DNA from: Octopus vulgaris
Lineage: Eukaryota
Direction of reading: 5' to 3'
Assembly (NCBI GenBank): GCA_951406725.2
Contig: OX597814.1
Coordinates: 145,948,001-146,012,000 of the forward strand
DNA: 64,000 bases
The notes under the pieces were generated by a model that was not told where the DNA came from, made no database searches, and was given only the letters and a program-made list of their open reading frames with translations. The position numbers were made by a program, and so were the translations under genes. Shown here one piece after another: positions 39,184 to 51,737 of the stretch (position 1 is its first letter; each line of letters begins with the position of its first letter).

Positions 39184-41365
39184 ACTTCAATCTAAAATAT
39201 CAATATTTTAAAATATACAAATAATAATTTTAAAATAATTAAAGTATGAATGAAAAATATAAATATATAATCCATATATAACCTATATATAATCCATATA
39301 TAATCAATATATAAACAATATATAAACTAAAAAAACCTATCAACAATTAAATATAAAATATAAAATATAAAATATAAAACAAAACAAAAAAAAATAATAA
39401 TATAATAATAAACTATATATACACCCATACACATATACCTAATTATATATAACCATATCTAACTACATACACTAAATCACACACCTATATATATATCCCT
39501 ATACATACACATAAAAACGTCTAGGCAACTATAAATAAATAAAATAGCTAAATACTTCAACACAATACTTATTCATACTCCCACACACACACACATACAA
39601 CCCACATTCACGCTCTAGAAAACGGACATCACTCAAAATTATGAACGGAGAAATGGAATAAATGGAATTAAAAATTATATTCACTTGGTAAAACGAACAC
39701 TACTTAAAAATTATGAATGAAACAATGCAATAAAACAACAGACATCGCAAATATACACAAATTACTACGAATTCCTTAACAAACCTACCATGATAAACCA
39801 AAACTCACAAAAACATATAATGATAAAATCTCCCTTTACTAAACTCTATAACATACCTATATAGCAATCCCCCTAACCTAAACATTCACACACAAATACA
39901 CACACGTAAACCACACACCCACGACATATACAAATACCCACACCACTTACACATACCAATACATACATATAAACCTCAACATATACTCCAAAAACCCACT
40001 CAACCCCACACAGACAAATAAACACAAAAATTATGAATGGATTCTTTTATAAAACTACCATGATAAGCTAAAACTCACAAAACAGAAATGATAAAACCTC
40101 CCTTTACTAAACACTATAACATACTTATATAGCAATCCCTTTAACCTATACATTCACACACAAAAACACACACGTAAACCACACACCCATAACAAATACA
40201 AACACCCACCCCACTCACACACACCCACAAGTACATATAAGCCTCAACATATACACCAAACAAAATTACTTTACCAAGGAACTTAACATATGTATAAAAA
40301 GTATAACCGCTCCTGGAAACGAACATCTCTAAATTAATGAATGGAGAAATGGAATAAATGGAATTAAAAATAATATTCACGTGGCAAAACGAACACCACT
40401 CAAAAATTATGAATGAAACAATGCAATAAAACAACCAACATCGAAAATAGACAAATTACCACGAATTCCCTAAAAAAAAAAAAAAAAAAAAAAAACCATG
40501 ATAAACCAAAACTCTTAAAAACATATAACGATAAAATCTCCCTTTGCTAAACTCTATAACAAACCTATATAGCAATCCCCCTAACCTAAACATTCACACA
40601 CAAATACACACACGTAAACCACAGACCCACGACTTATACACATACCTATACTAACTTATAAACCTCAATATACACCAAAACCCACTCCCTCCCCACACAG
40701 ACAAATTAACACATACATCCCAAAACCTAAATAACAAACCCATATACACATTCACACACAAACACACACACAGGCAAAACACACACACACAACAGATACA
40801 TATACTCCCTCACATATACGCATATACATACTCACTAAACTCGATATATACAACAATATTTACACACCCACACTCATACAGATAAATAAATTATACAACT
40901 AAAAACTCACACACATCTCATATACATAAACACTCCTATGAAAACAACATTAAATACATCGTAATTAACCAGAATATCAAAAATAACAACATGACATAAG
41001 GATAAATAAAATACATACTTACAAGTCATTTTCAAATTATGAAGTGAAATTAAATTCTTAGCCGTTAAAAAAATCAAACCAAAATTACGTTACCATAGAA
41101 ATAACTTATGTAAAAAGAATACGCGTCATGGAAAGTAAACGTCATTTAAAATTATGAATAAAAGAATAAATGGAACTAAAAACTATATCCACGTGGCAAA
41201 CCAACACTACTTAAAAAAATTTATTATGAATGGATTCTTTAAAAAACTACCATGAAAAATCATTATATACATTTATGAGCTTTAGCTCACCTTAGCAGCT
41301 CTAACAAACAACTTGCAGCAACCCAAACCTATTCTCGATGCCTACCTCACTACTACACTATTCCA

Positions 41366-43003
41366 TGTCACGGGAAGAAGTTAATGTAATTAAAATGGCT
41401 AGGAAATCGCTAATTAAATATAAAAATAAATTATGGGCTAGGAATGATTTAGAGATTGTTTTGATATACCTATGGGAGCACCAGATTCTGCACAGGCTCT
41501 GATTTAGTAGGTATTTTTCTGAACTCCAATTAGAAAATCTTAAGATAGAGGGTGGTTTATATAGAGACGATCTTCTACTAGTTACAAAGAATTGTACTAA
41601 TAGGAATCTAGAAGTATATAAGAAAAAACTATATAGTTTCTTTAAAAGATATGGTTTATGTATTACTATATATAAAGAGAATTATAATGTTAATTATTTA
41701 GATGTTAATTTTAATCTTATTACAGGTAAAACACAACCATATCATAAACTTAATGAGAACCTTAGATATATAAATGTTAATAGTAATCACCCATTTTCTA
41801 TTAAAAAATCGTTGATTAATAATATAAGTAAACGTATTTCATTACTCTCTTATGATATAGAGATTTTTAATAAACATGCTAATTATTATAATGAGGCCCT
41901 TAGAGGGGCAGGTTATAATAGGAATATTAAATTTTATAATATTAGTGATAAAGATTTAATTGTTAATTTTCGAGATACTTCTAATAATAATTATAATTTT
42001 GTTAGGTTTAGTGGTAAAAATAATAGATATTATAAAAAAAATAATAAAAATGATAAAAATATAAATAAGAATAATAATAATAATAATAAATATAATAATA
42101 ATAATATAAATAAGAATAATAAAAATAAAAATAAATTTAATAATTATTATAATAATTATATTGATAAATTTAATAATATTAATAATTCCTTAAATGCTGT
42201 ACATAGATATTATTCTGATAATAATTTTAATAAAATAAAGAATTATAAATATATTTATAATAATGATAATAATAATAAGGTTAATAAGAATAAAATTTGG
42301 TTAATAGTTCCTTATGGAGATCAAGTAAAAACGAATATTATTAAAAGAGATTTTAGATGTTATAGAACTATTTATTAGAGATAATCGTAAATATAGAAAC
42401 ATTTTCTCTTTTAATAATTTTGGAGTTGGTTACTCTACCACTAATAATGTTGGTAACATTATTTCTTCATTTAATAAATATAAACTGAATAATTTTTATA
42501 AAAAGAAATTATTTGATAATAATATTAATAATGATAAGACTTATATTAATTGTACATGTAGAGATAAATCTAATTGTATATTAAATAATAATTGTGATAT
42601 TAACGATGTAGTGTATAAATGTATAGTTACATTACATGATAATAACTTTAAGAATAATAATTACACAAAAGCGGTTTATATAGGTTCTACTTCCTCAAAA
42701 ATAAAACTAAGAATCGCACAACATATGAATTCTTTTAAAAATAAAAACTTAATCAACTCAACCGGACTTAGTAAGTAAATTTGGAGTATTAAATCACTAA
42801 ATATTAATTATAGTTTAATTTGGGAAATAATTTGTAAAACTAAATCATATACTATAGGAGCTAATTGTTGTTATTTATGCTCTAATGAGTTTAAAGAAAT
42901 TTTATTTTATAAGTATGATAATTTACTTAATACTGGTGAAGAGCGCAAAATAAAATGCAGACATAAGTTACTTTACCTATATAATAAGTTTCATGATAAA
43001 TAG
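41366..43003 (+). pseudogene. PLE polyprotein remnant: RT C-terminal half, Asn-rich linker, GIY-YIG endonuclease
   Basis: FDIPMGAPDSAQ..DLVGIFL..GGLYRDDLL (41551-41577)..NYLDVNFNL..YINVNSNHP; linker CTCRDKSNC (CxCx5C); DVVYKC..VYIGST..R..QH..SF..TGLSK*IW..CYLCSNE..LLN..CRH; final TAG at 43001-43003. Frameshifts near 41497, 41520 and 42345, plus premature TAA at 42776. Confidence 0.92.
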
Positions 43004-44183
43004 CAATAATAGTTCCCTTTTAGGTTACTTTAGTTTAATTTAAATTAGTTTAGATATATATTTTTGGTTATGTTGTCTAGGCTTTAATTATAGTTAGTCT
43101 TTATTGATATTTCTTTGTTTTAATTAGTTCATTTTAATGTATATTAATTTAACAGTATATGGTATGTTAAAACTTTAATAATTTATATTAGATTTTTTTT
43201 ATTTTATTTATTTATATATTTTTTTATATTTTTATTTTTTAATTTTTTTAATTTTATTTTATTATGTATTTTTTTTATTATGCATTTGTTATATGTATTT
43301 TGGAGGATATATTTATATGTTGATGGGTGTTATTTAGTGGTGTTTTTATTGAGTTTTGTATGTATGTGTGAATGTTTATGATCCCTTTGTTTTTTGTTTT
43401 TTATTTGGTATGTTGAATTGACAGATTTTATTTGGGTATTGTCTGTTATAATAAAGTATACACACCCATAACAAATATAAGTGCCCACTTCATTCGCTGT
43501 ACCTGGAATTGCATGTGAGCCTCAACATATACACCTAACGGCCACTCCCGCCCCATTTGGATAAATAAACACATACATCCCCAAAAATGGGCTTAATCCC
43601 ACTCACACCAATCATATGTATACAATTATACACACTAGAATAATACATAACTAACCCAAATATACAGAACATACCAAAAATTACCAACTAACCACCATCA
43701 CATATGAAACCCACACCCATACAATGACAAAACTCCCCCCTCCATACCCAATTTACACCCACTTAGCAATCCCAATATATTCATCCATACATGGACGCAC
43801 GTGCGTGAAGCACATGCACACAATAAATACATACAACCCCCCAATACACACTCATATACATACGTATCAAGCTCGACATCCACAGCGATACGTTTACACC
43901 CACTCACACCAAGATGGGTGAATTGCACAGCCAGGGAACGCACACACACATATGTGCGTTTTTTGATTGTGCAACTCGCCCATATGCATGTATGCGGGCG
44001 CGATTACATATGTTGCATATATCGAGCCCAAATAGCATGCATTTGTACATGTGAGGGGGTACACGCTAATGACGTGCACGTGTACCCCCTGCATTTATAC
44101 CCGTGCGTGAATATACACATGGAGACTACCATACAGGTACAAATGTGTATAGTAATGGGAGCCCCATCACTACACTCAATGTA

Positions 44184-47100
44184 TACTCTCACCCATCCGC
44201 ACGGATGTGTAAGTGAATCTCCGGTGTATATGTTGAGGCTTATATGTAGCGCTGTGGAGGCGAACGACGTTGAAATTGAGAATGAATGGGTGGAGTTGGG
44301 AATTGTAACCGGGTGGTGGACTAGCGTTTTGGAATTGTGAGTGGAATAGGGTAGTAGTGAGGTAGGTATCGAGAATGGGTTGGGTTGCTGCAAGTTGTTT
44401 GTTAGAGCTGCTAAGGTGAGCTGAAGCTCATAAATGTATATAATGATTTTTCATGGTAGTTTTTTAAAGAATCCATTCATAATAAATTTTTTTAAGTAGT
44501 GTTGGTTTGCCACGTGGATATAGTTTTTAGTTCCATTTATTCTTTTTCTCCATTCATAATTTTAAATGACGTTTACTTTCCATGGCGCGTATTCTTTTTT
44601 TACATAAGTTATTTCTATGCTAACGTAATTTTGGTTTGATTTTTTTAACGGCTAAGAATTTAATTTCACTTCATAATTTGAAAATGACTTGTAAGTATGT
44701 ATTTTATTTATCCTTATGTCATATTGTTATTTTTTATATTCTGGTTAATTACGATGTATTTAATGTTGTTCTCATAGGAGTGTTTATGTATATGAGATTG
44801 TGTGTGAGTTTTTAGTTGTATAATTTATTTATCTGTATGAGTGTGGGTGTGTAAATATTGTTGTATATATCGAGTTTAGTGAGTATGTATATGCGTATAT
44901 GTGAGGGAGTATATGTATCTGTTGTGTGTGTGTGTGTTGCGTGTGTGTGTGTTTGTGTGTGAATGTGTATATGGGTTTGTTATTTAGGTTTTGGGATGTA
45001 TGTGTTAATTTGTCTGTGTGGGGAGGGAGTGGGTTTTGGTGTATATTGAGGTTTATAAGTTAGTATAGGTATGTGTATAAGTAGTGGGTCTGTGGTTTAC
45101 GTGTTTGTTTTTGTGTGTGAATGTTTAGGTTAGGGGGATTGCTATATAGGTTTGTTATAGAGTTTAGCAAAGGGAGATTTTATCGTTATATGTTTTTAGG
45201 AGTTTTGGTTTATCATGGTTTTTTTTAGGGAATTCGTGGTAATTTGTCTATTTTCGATGTTGGTTGTTTTATTACATTGTTTCATTCATAATTTTTGAGT
45301 GGTGTTCGTTTTGCCACGTGAATATTATTTTTAATTCCATTTATTCCATTTCTCCATTCATTAATTTAGAGAAGTTCGTTTCCAGAGCGGTTATATTTTT
45401 TATACATATGTTAAGTTCCTTGGTAAAGTAATTTTGTTTGGTGTATATGTTGAGGCTTATTTGTACTTGTGGGTGTGTGTGAGTGGGGTGGGTGTTTGTA
45501 TTTGTTATGGGTGTGTGGTTTACGTGTGTGTTTTTGTGTGTGAATGTATAGGTTAAAGGGATTGCTATATAAGTATGTTATAGTGTTTAGTAAAGGGAGG
45601 TTTTATCATTTCTGTTTTGTGAGTTTTAGCTTATCATGGTAGTTTTATAAAAGAATCCATTCATAATTTTTGTGTTTATTTGTCTGTGTGGGGTTGAGTG
45701 GGTTTTTGGAGTATATGTTGAGGTTTATATGTATGTATTGGTATGTGTAAGTGGTGTGGGTATTTGTATATGTCGTGGGTGTGTGATTTACGTGTGTGTA
45801 TTTGTGTGTGAATGTTTAGGTTAGGGGGATTGCTATATAGGTATGTTATAGAGTTTAGTAAAGGGAGATTTTATCATTATATGTTTTTGTGAATTTTGGT
45901 TTATCATGGTAGGTTTGTTAAGGAATTACTCTCACCCATCCGCACGGATGTGAATCTCCGGTGTATATGTTGAGGCTTATATGTAGTGCTGTGGAGGCGA
46001 ACGTCGTTGAAATTGTGAATGAATGGGTGGGGTTGGGAATTGTAACCGGGTGGTGGACTAGCGTTGCTTGGAATTGTGAGTGGAATAGTGTAGTAGTGAG
46101 GTAGGCATCGAGAATAGGTTTGGGTTGCTGCAAGTTGTTTGTTAGAGCTGCTAAGGTGAGCTAAAGCTCATAAATGTATATAATGATTTTTCATGGTAGT
46201 TTTTTAAAGAATCCATTCATAATAAATTTTTTTTAAGTAGTGTTGGTTTGCCACGTGGATATAGTTTTTAGTTCCATTTATTCTTTTTCTCCATTCATAA
46301 TTTTAAATGACGTTTACTTTCCATGACGCGTATTCTTTTTTTACATAAGTTATTTCTATGGTAACGTAATTTTGGTTTGATTTTTTTAACGGCTAAGAAT
46401 TTAATTTCACTTTATAATTTGAAACTGACTTGTAAGTATGTATTTTATTTATCCTTATGTCATATTGTTATTTTTGATATTCTGGTTAATTACGATGTAT
46501 TTAATGTTGTTTTCATAGGAGTGTTTATGTATATGAGATTGTGTGTGAGTTTTTAGTTGTATAATTTATTTATCTGTATGAGTGTGGGTGTGTAAATATT
46601 GTTGTATATATCGAGTTTAGTGAGTATGTATATGCGTATATGTGAGGGAGTATATGTATCTGTTGTGTGTGTGTGTTTTGCGTGTGTGTGTGTTTGTGTG
46701 TGAATGTGTATATGGGTTTGTTATTTAGGTTTTGGGATGTATGTGTTAATTTGTCTGTGTGGGGAGGAGTGGGTTTTGGTGTATATTGAGGTTTATAAGT
46801 TAGTATAGGTATGTGTATAAGTCGTGGGTCTGTGGTTTACGTGTGTGTATTTGTGTGTGAATGTTTAGGTTAGGGGGATTGCTATATAGGTTTGTTATAG
46901 AGTTTAGCAAAGGGAGATTTTATCGTTATATGTTTTTAAGAGTTTTGGTTTATCATGGTTTTTTTAGGGAATTCGTGGTAATTTGTCTACTTTCGATGTT
47001 GGTTGTTTTATTACATTGTTTCATTCATAATTTTTGAGTGGTGTTCGTTTTGCCACGTGAATATTATTTTTAATTCCATTTATTCCATTTCTCCATTCAT

Positions 47101-47666
47101 TAATTTAGAGATGTTCGTTTCCAGAGTGGTTATACTTTTTATACATATGTTAAGTTCCTTGGTAAGGTAATTTTGTTTGGTGTATATGTTGAGGCTTATA
47201 TGTACTTGTGGGTGTGTGTGAGTGGGGTGAGTGTTTGTATTTGTTATGGGTGTGTGGTTTACGTGTGTGTTTTTGTGTGTGAATGTATAGGTTAAAGGGA
47301 TTGCTATATAAGTATGTTATAGTGTTTAGTAAAGGGAGGTTTTATCATTTCTGTTTTGTGAGTTTTAGCTTATCATGGTAGTTTTATAAAAGAATCCATT
47401 CATAATTTTTGTGTTTATTTGTCTGTGTGGGGTTGAGTGGGTTTTTGGAGTATATGTTGAGGTTTATATGTATGTATTGGTATGTGTAAGTGGTGTGGGT
47501 ATTTGTATATGTCGTGGGTGTGTGGTTTACGTGTGTGTATTTGTGTGTGAATGTTTAGGTTAGGGGGATTGCTATATAGGTATGTTATAGAGTTTAGTAA
47601 AGGGAGATTTTATCATTATATGTTTTTGTGAGTTTTGGTTTATCATGGTAGGTTTGTTAAGGAATT
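44184..47666 (+). repeat. ~1.74-kb tandem duplication inside the PLE 3' region
   Basis: Unit starts tactctcacccatccgcacggatg at 44184 and 45927 and ends ggtttgttaaggaatt at 45926 and 47666; near-identical, built from shorter G/T-rich sub-repeats. Confidence 0.92.
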
Positions 47667-48255
47667 CGTAGTAATTTGTGTATATTTGCGATGTCTGTTG
47701 TTTTATTGCATTGTTTCATTCATAATTTTAAGTAGTGTTCGTTTTACCAAGTGAATATAATTTTTAATTCCATTTATTCCATTTCTCCGTTCATAATTTT
47801 GAGTGATGTCCGTTTTCTAGAGCGTGAATGTGGGTTGTATGTGTGTGTGTGTGGGAGTATGAATAAGTATTGTGTTGAAGTATTTAGCTATTTTATTTAT
47901 TTATAGTTGCCTAGACGTTTTTATGTGTATGTATAGGGATATATATATAGGTGTGTGATTTAGTGTATGTAGTTAGATATGGTTATATATAATTAGGTAT
48001 ATGTGTATGGGTGTATATATAGTTTATTATTATATTATTATTATTTTTTTTTGTTTTGTTTTATATTTTATATTTTATATTTTATATTTAATTGTTGATA
48101 GGTTTATTTTAGTTTATATATTGTTTATATATTGATTATATATGGATTATATATAGGTTATATATGGATTATATATTTATATTTTTCATTCATACTTTAA
48201 TTATTTTAAAATTATTATTTGTATATTTTAAAATATTGATATTTTAGATTGAAGT

Positions 48256-48298
48256 CCACCTGAAGATTGTCGATCAAGACAAGAAACGATTGTAGTGG
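48256..48298 (+). ncRNA. Type I minimal hammerhead ribozyme in the PLE pLTR
   Basis: CCAC-CTGAAGA-TTGTC gatcaa GACAA-GAAA-CGATTG-TA-GTGG. Full core, stems I and II paired, near-palindromic stem III. Confidence 0.85.
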
Positions 48299-48465
48299 CG
48301 GTTTTTTTGACTATTTATTAAAATTTTATGTATTGATTAAGTCTTTCCTTGTTTGTTTTGCAAAATAGTGGTTTTGTCTCTAATAATATTTTATAATATT
48401 TTATATAAAATTGGATTTAATCCTTAATCTGATTTTTTCCCTGTAAATTTGGATTTATTCCCTAA

Positions 48466-48516
<51 letters not shown>

Positions 48517-48610
48517 AGATATATATATATATATGTGTGTGTGTATATATTTATATATATATACATATGTGTATGGGTGTGGATTTAGGTATATACATAT
48601 ATAGACATAT

Positions 48611-49468
48611 ATAGATTGGGTGGAAAGTAACTAGGCATTAGAAATTGCTTATATAATTTTTAGTATCACTGAAGTCATGACGAAACATTTTTTAAAGAGA
48701 CAACACTAATGGGGATTTTTATTTTCTTATTGTCTTATTTCTAATTTCTTATTTTCTAAATGGCCGGTAGCTTGATTTTTCAGGAGCGAGCTAAGATAGG
48801 TTGGTTTTGGTTCTGAGATGGTGTCCTTGCATAGAAAGATAAACATGCAACACTACGTTCGGAAACAATAAAAGTTGTCATGCAAAGCTGATCACCACGG
48901 GCTCTGTGAACGATGCAAGAAGTGGCCCTGCGGACAACGTGGCAATAGTGCAGGAAATGTTTAATCGCAGCCCGCAAAAATCAATACGCCAAGCATCTCG
49001 TGTTAGTGGATTAAGAAGACACACGATATGTACGGTGTTGCATAAAGAATTGAACTTTCATCGGTGGAAATTTCCTTACGTGCAGGAGCTAAAACCTGAA
49101 TACTATGACCGCAGAAGTCCAGAAGTCCAGAACTCAAAGATGTCCAGATCTCACTCCATGTGATCTTTACATGTGGGGTTACACAAAAGAGGATGTGTGC
49201 AAGATAAAACCTCACACACTGGAGGGCTTGGAGACACGGATTCAGGAGTTTGTCAATGATATCCTAGACGACGTCCTGTCGAAGGTTGTTCATTCCGTCT
49301 CTGGCCGGTTGAGGAAACTGGTTGACTCCACCGGTGGTTACGTTGAAATATGAGGATTTCCTTTCATTGTAATAAAAAACATGTATCATTTCTTTCAATA
49401 AATTTGTAAAAGGAATATGGATTTTAGTAACACTTTGTTGTCCCTACTTACTTTTCACCTACCCTGTA
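48611..49468 (+). mobile_element. Tc1/mariner (rosa/DD41D-like) internally deleted transposon
   Basis: SVNDARSG..VQEMFNRSPQKSIRQAS..LHKELNFH..VQELKP, then deletion, then CPDLTPCDLYMWGYTKEDV..GGYVEI; TIR remnants gggtggaaagtaactaggca / ccctacttacttttcacctaccctgTA. Confidence 0.85.
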
Positions 49469-51349
49469 TATATTTATGCGCGAATGCGTGTAGACATATT
49501 TTGTAGAAGTTAGTTCAAATTGGGGAATTCTTCCTGAGGCTGAAGGATGAGTTAAGAACTCCATAACTTAAAAAGTCATAACTAAATACGATAAGGTATA
49601 TTTCTACCCATTGTACTGACTTTCTTGAACCGCTGCTTATATGTATATAAGTACCCACAGCATTACATACTTAAACTGCTTAATAAACCTTTACAGTTTA
49701 ACGTTGTTTTTCTACGTAGAAACGTACTCACATGTTCCTACATTTGATATCAACTTAAGAGAACACAATTCGTGTTTTTTCACATGTATTGTTAAGAATG
49801 ACATACACTGCACTATGTTCACGTCATAAGCTAGCAACGCGTATGCTTTCGGAAAATGCACCTCATCATAATCAGCATCATAATGTAAATATGGTGTTAT
49901 TGCTTTGAATCAAATCGAGAGGCTTGCATTGTATAATGCTTATTGTAAGAGTTGTTTAAAGGGTGCTTTTGGTAAATGCAAGCCGTTTATGTTATTTTAA
50001 TCAATTAATGTTCTTGCGGCTCTCGAAGATCGAAGATATTAAATAAAGTTGGCAGATTTTCTTCCAGTATTCAGAACTGCGTTCGATTGAACCACGTACC
50101 AAAAAGGCCAGATTTTCTGGAGAACAGAGAACGATTAAGTATTATCTGAGAACTAATATTATTTAATAATGGACGAATAAAAGTAGTTTCTGAAGATCGT
50201 ATATAATTTTGAATCATAATAATAATCTTGAAAGTTCTTTGGATTTAAATATTCGAGCAAAACAGAGGTTTTAGTAGGACATTTTAAGCAAATTGAAATC
50301 ATTACAAAAAGAGAAAAGAAGAAAAGAAAGAAAAGGAGGACGTGTTCAAATAAAAATAAAGATCAATATATAGTTCTTTGTATCTGAAATTATATTGCAG
50401 TGTTTGTTATGCATACATACGTATGTAGGTTGTGTTTGGTTTAGAATTAAACGGAGGAAATGGATAAGAAAGACAGGATGGCCATGCGTGCAGGAAAGAT
50501 AACACTGTGCATGTATTTACAGAAACAGAAATGGGGAAAACGTAGCTAAAGATTTCAAATCAAAGATTTTGAAGCAGAGACAAAACTGCAGGCGAAACTA
50601 TAAAAGCAATGATTTTAAGCGCACGCGTGCGTACACATCTCACTTTATGTAGGGAAATAAGAAAGGGAATCGCTGGAAATAGCAGTTAAGTTGGCCTAGA
50701 CTAACCCACACTTTACTATAACCTTAATTTCCAAAAAAGTTCGATTTTTGATAGCTTTATACCCCACTCCTCTACTTCCAGCCTTTTTTCTGCAGAGTAC
50801 ACCTACATGTCTGTAGCTCCTGTCCCTCTCATCTGGTATTTTACCTTTAGCAAGAAATTCATATACCCCGACCCTGTACCTGATTGGCTTGCATTCTTTT
50901 GCTTTTATCCCCTTTTTCTTTTTATATTCCCTTTACTCTTACTTTTGATTATTTATCCTTTCTTCTTCTCTTATCCTTAATTGTTTTATGATCTCTCCTT
51001 ACCACTACGCCAAGCTTGCTATAAAAATTTATCACCTACACCCCACTCCAGCCTACCTAACATCTAGCCAAGGAGACTCCTTCTCACACCATTCACTGAC
51101 CTTGGATATCATATTACACCTTTTTCTTAACCTAAACGGCCAACATAGCTGCTCATTCTCCCATTTCACAACTGGCCTCGACATATTCTAGACACTTCCT
51201 GGCTGTATTCTTGGGATATTTCTTTGCTTTCTAAAAATTATAGTCTTTTATAATGATGTAATGTTGGGATCCATCTATTAAAAGAAAGTTGTAAAATAAA
51301 CTGACAATTATCCATCGTTTGTTATTATTCATTTGATTATATGTATGTA

Positions 51350-51735
51350 TGGGAGTGTCTTTGTGGTAAGTAGCTTCCTTATCAACCACATGGTTCTCGG
51401 TTCAGTCGCACTGTGTGACACCTTAGGCTAGTGTTTCTACTAAAGCCTGGGGCCTACCAAAGCCTTGTGAGTGGTATTGGCCGATGGAAGCTGAACAAAG
51501 CCCGTATATATGTATATGTATGTATGTGTGTGTCTGTATTTGTGCCCTGCCACGGTCGCTTGGCAACCGATGTTGGTGTGTTTACGTCCCCGTAACCTAG
51601 CGGTATGGAAAAGAGACCGATAAAATAAGTACTAGGTATAGAAAGAATAAGTCCTGGGGTCGATTTGTTCGACTAAAGGCGGTGCTTCAGCATGACCGTA
51701 GTCAAAGACTGAAATAAATAAAAGAATAAAAGAAT
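51350..51735 (+). mobile_element. SINE family A, near full length
   Basis: Collinear with 34908-35295. Confidence 0.87.
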
Positions 51736-51737
51736 AT

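Larger units (their letters stand above)
39044..48470 (+). mobile_element. Penelope-like retroelement, Naiad-type, 5'-truncated with inverted pseudo-LTR
   Basis: 39044-41365 is the reverse complement of 46081-48395; RT-GIY-YIG ORF remnant at 41366-43003; ~5.4-kb repetitive 3' region; hammerheads near both ends; ~75-bp unpaired 3' tail; (TA)n on both flanks. Confidence 0.92.

Noticed and set aside
40472-40495. 24-nt poly(A) as a retrotransposon tail
   Set aside because: It corresponds to a T7-8 run in the partner copies (~45219, ~46959), so it is slippage or sequencing error inside the inverted arm.
42776-42778. In-frame stop in the Naiad endonuclease as possible selenocysteine recoding
   Set aside because: The codon is TAA at a position where Tyr is expected (LSK-Y-IW), not TGA at a Cys; the ORF also has frameshifts.
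43801-44393. 179-aa (+) and 129-aa (-) ORFs inside the PLE 3' region
   Set aside because: They lie in rearranged UTR repeat modules that are locally GC-richer and so have fewer stops; no domain motifs.
45125-45140. ttaggttaggggg as telomeric repeat
   Set aside because: Only one to two units within a PLE UTR module, not an array.
44184-47666. Recurring 30-60-bp modules as a CRISPR-like array
   Set aside because: No constant repeat with unique spacers; the modules are nested duplications in a eukaryotic retroelement UTR.
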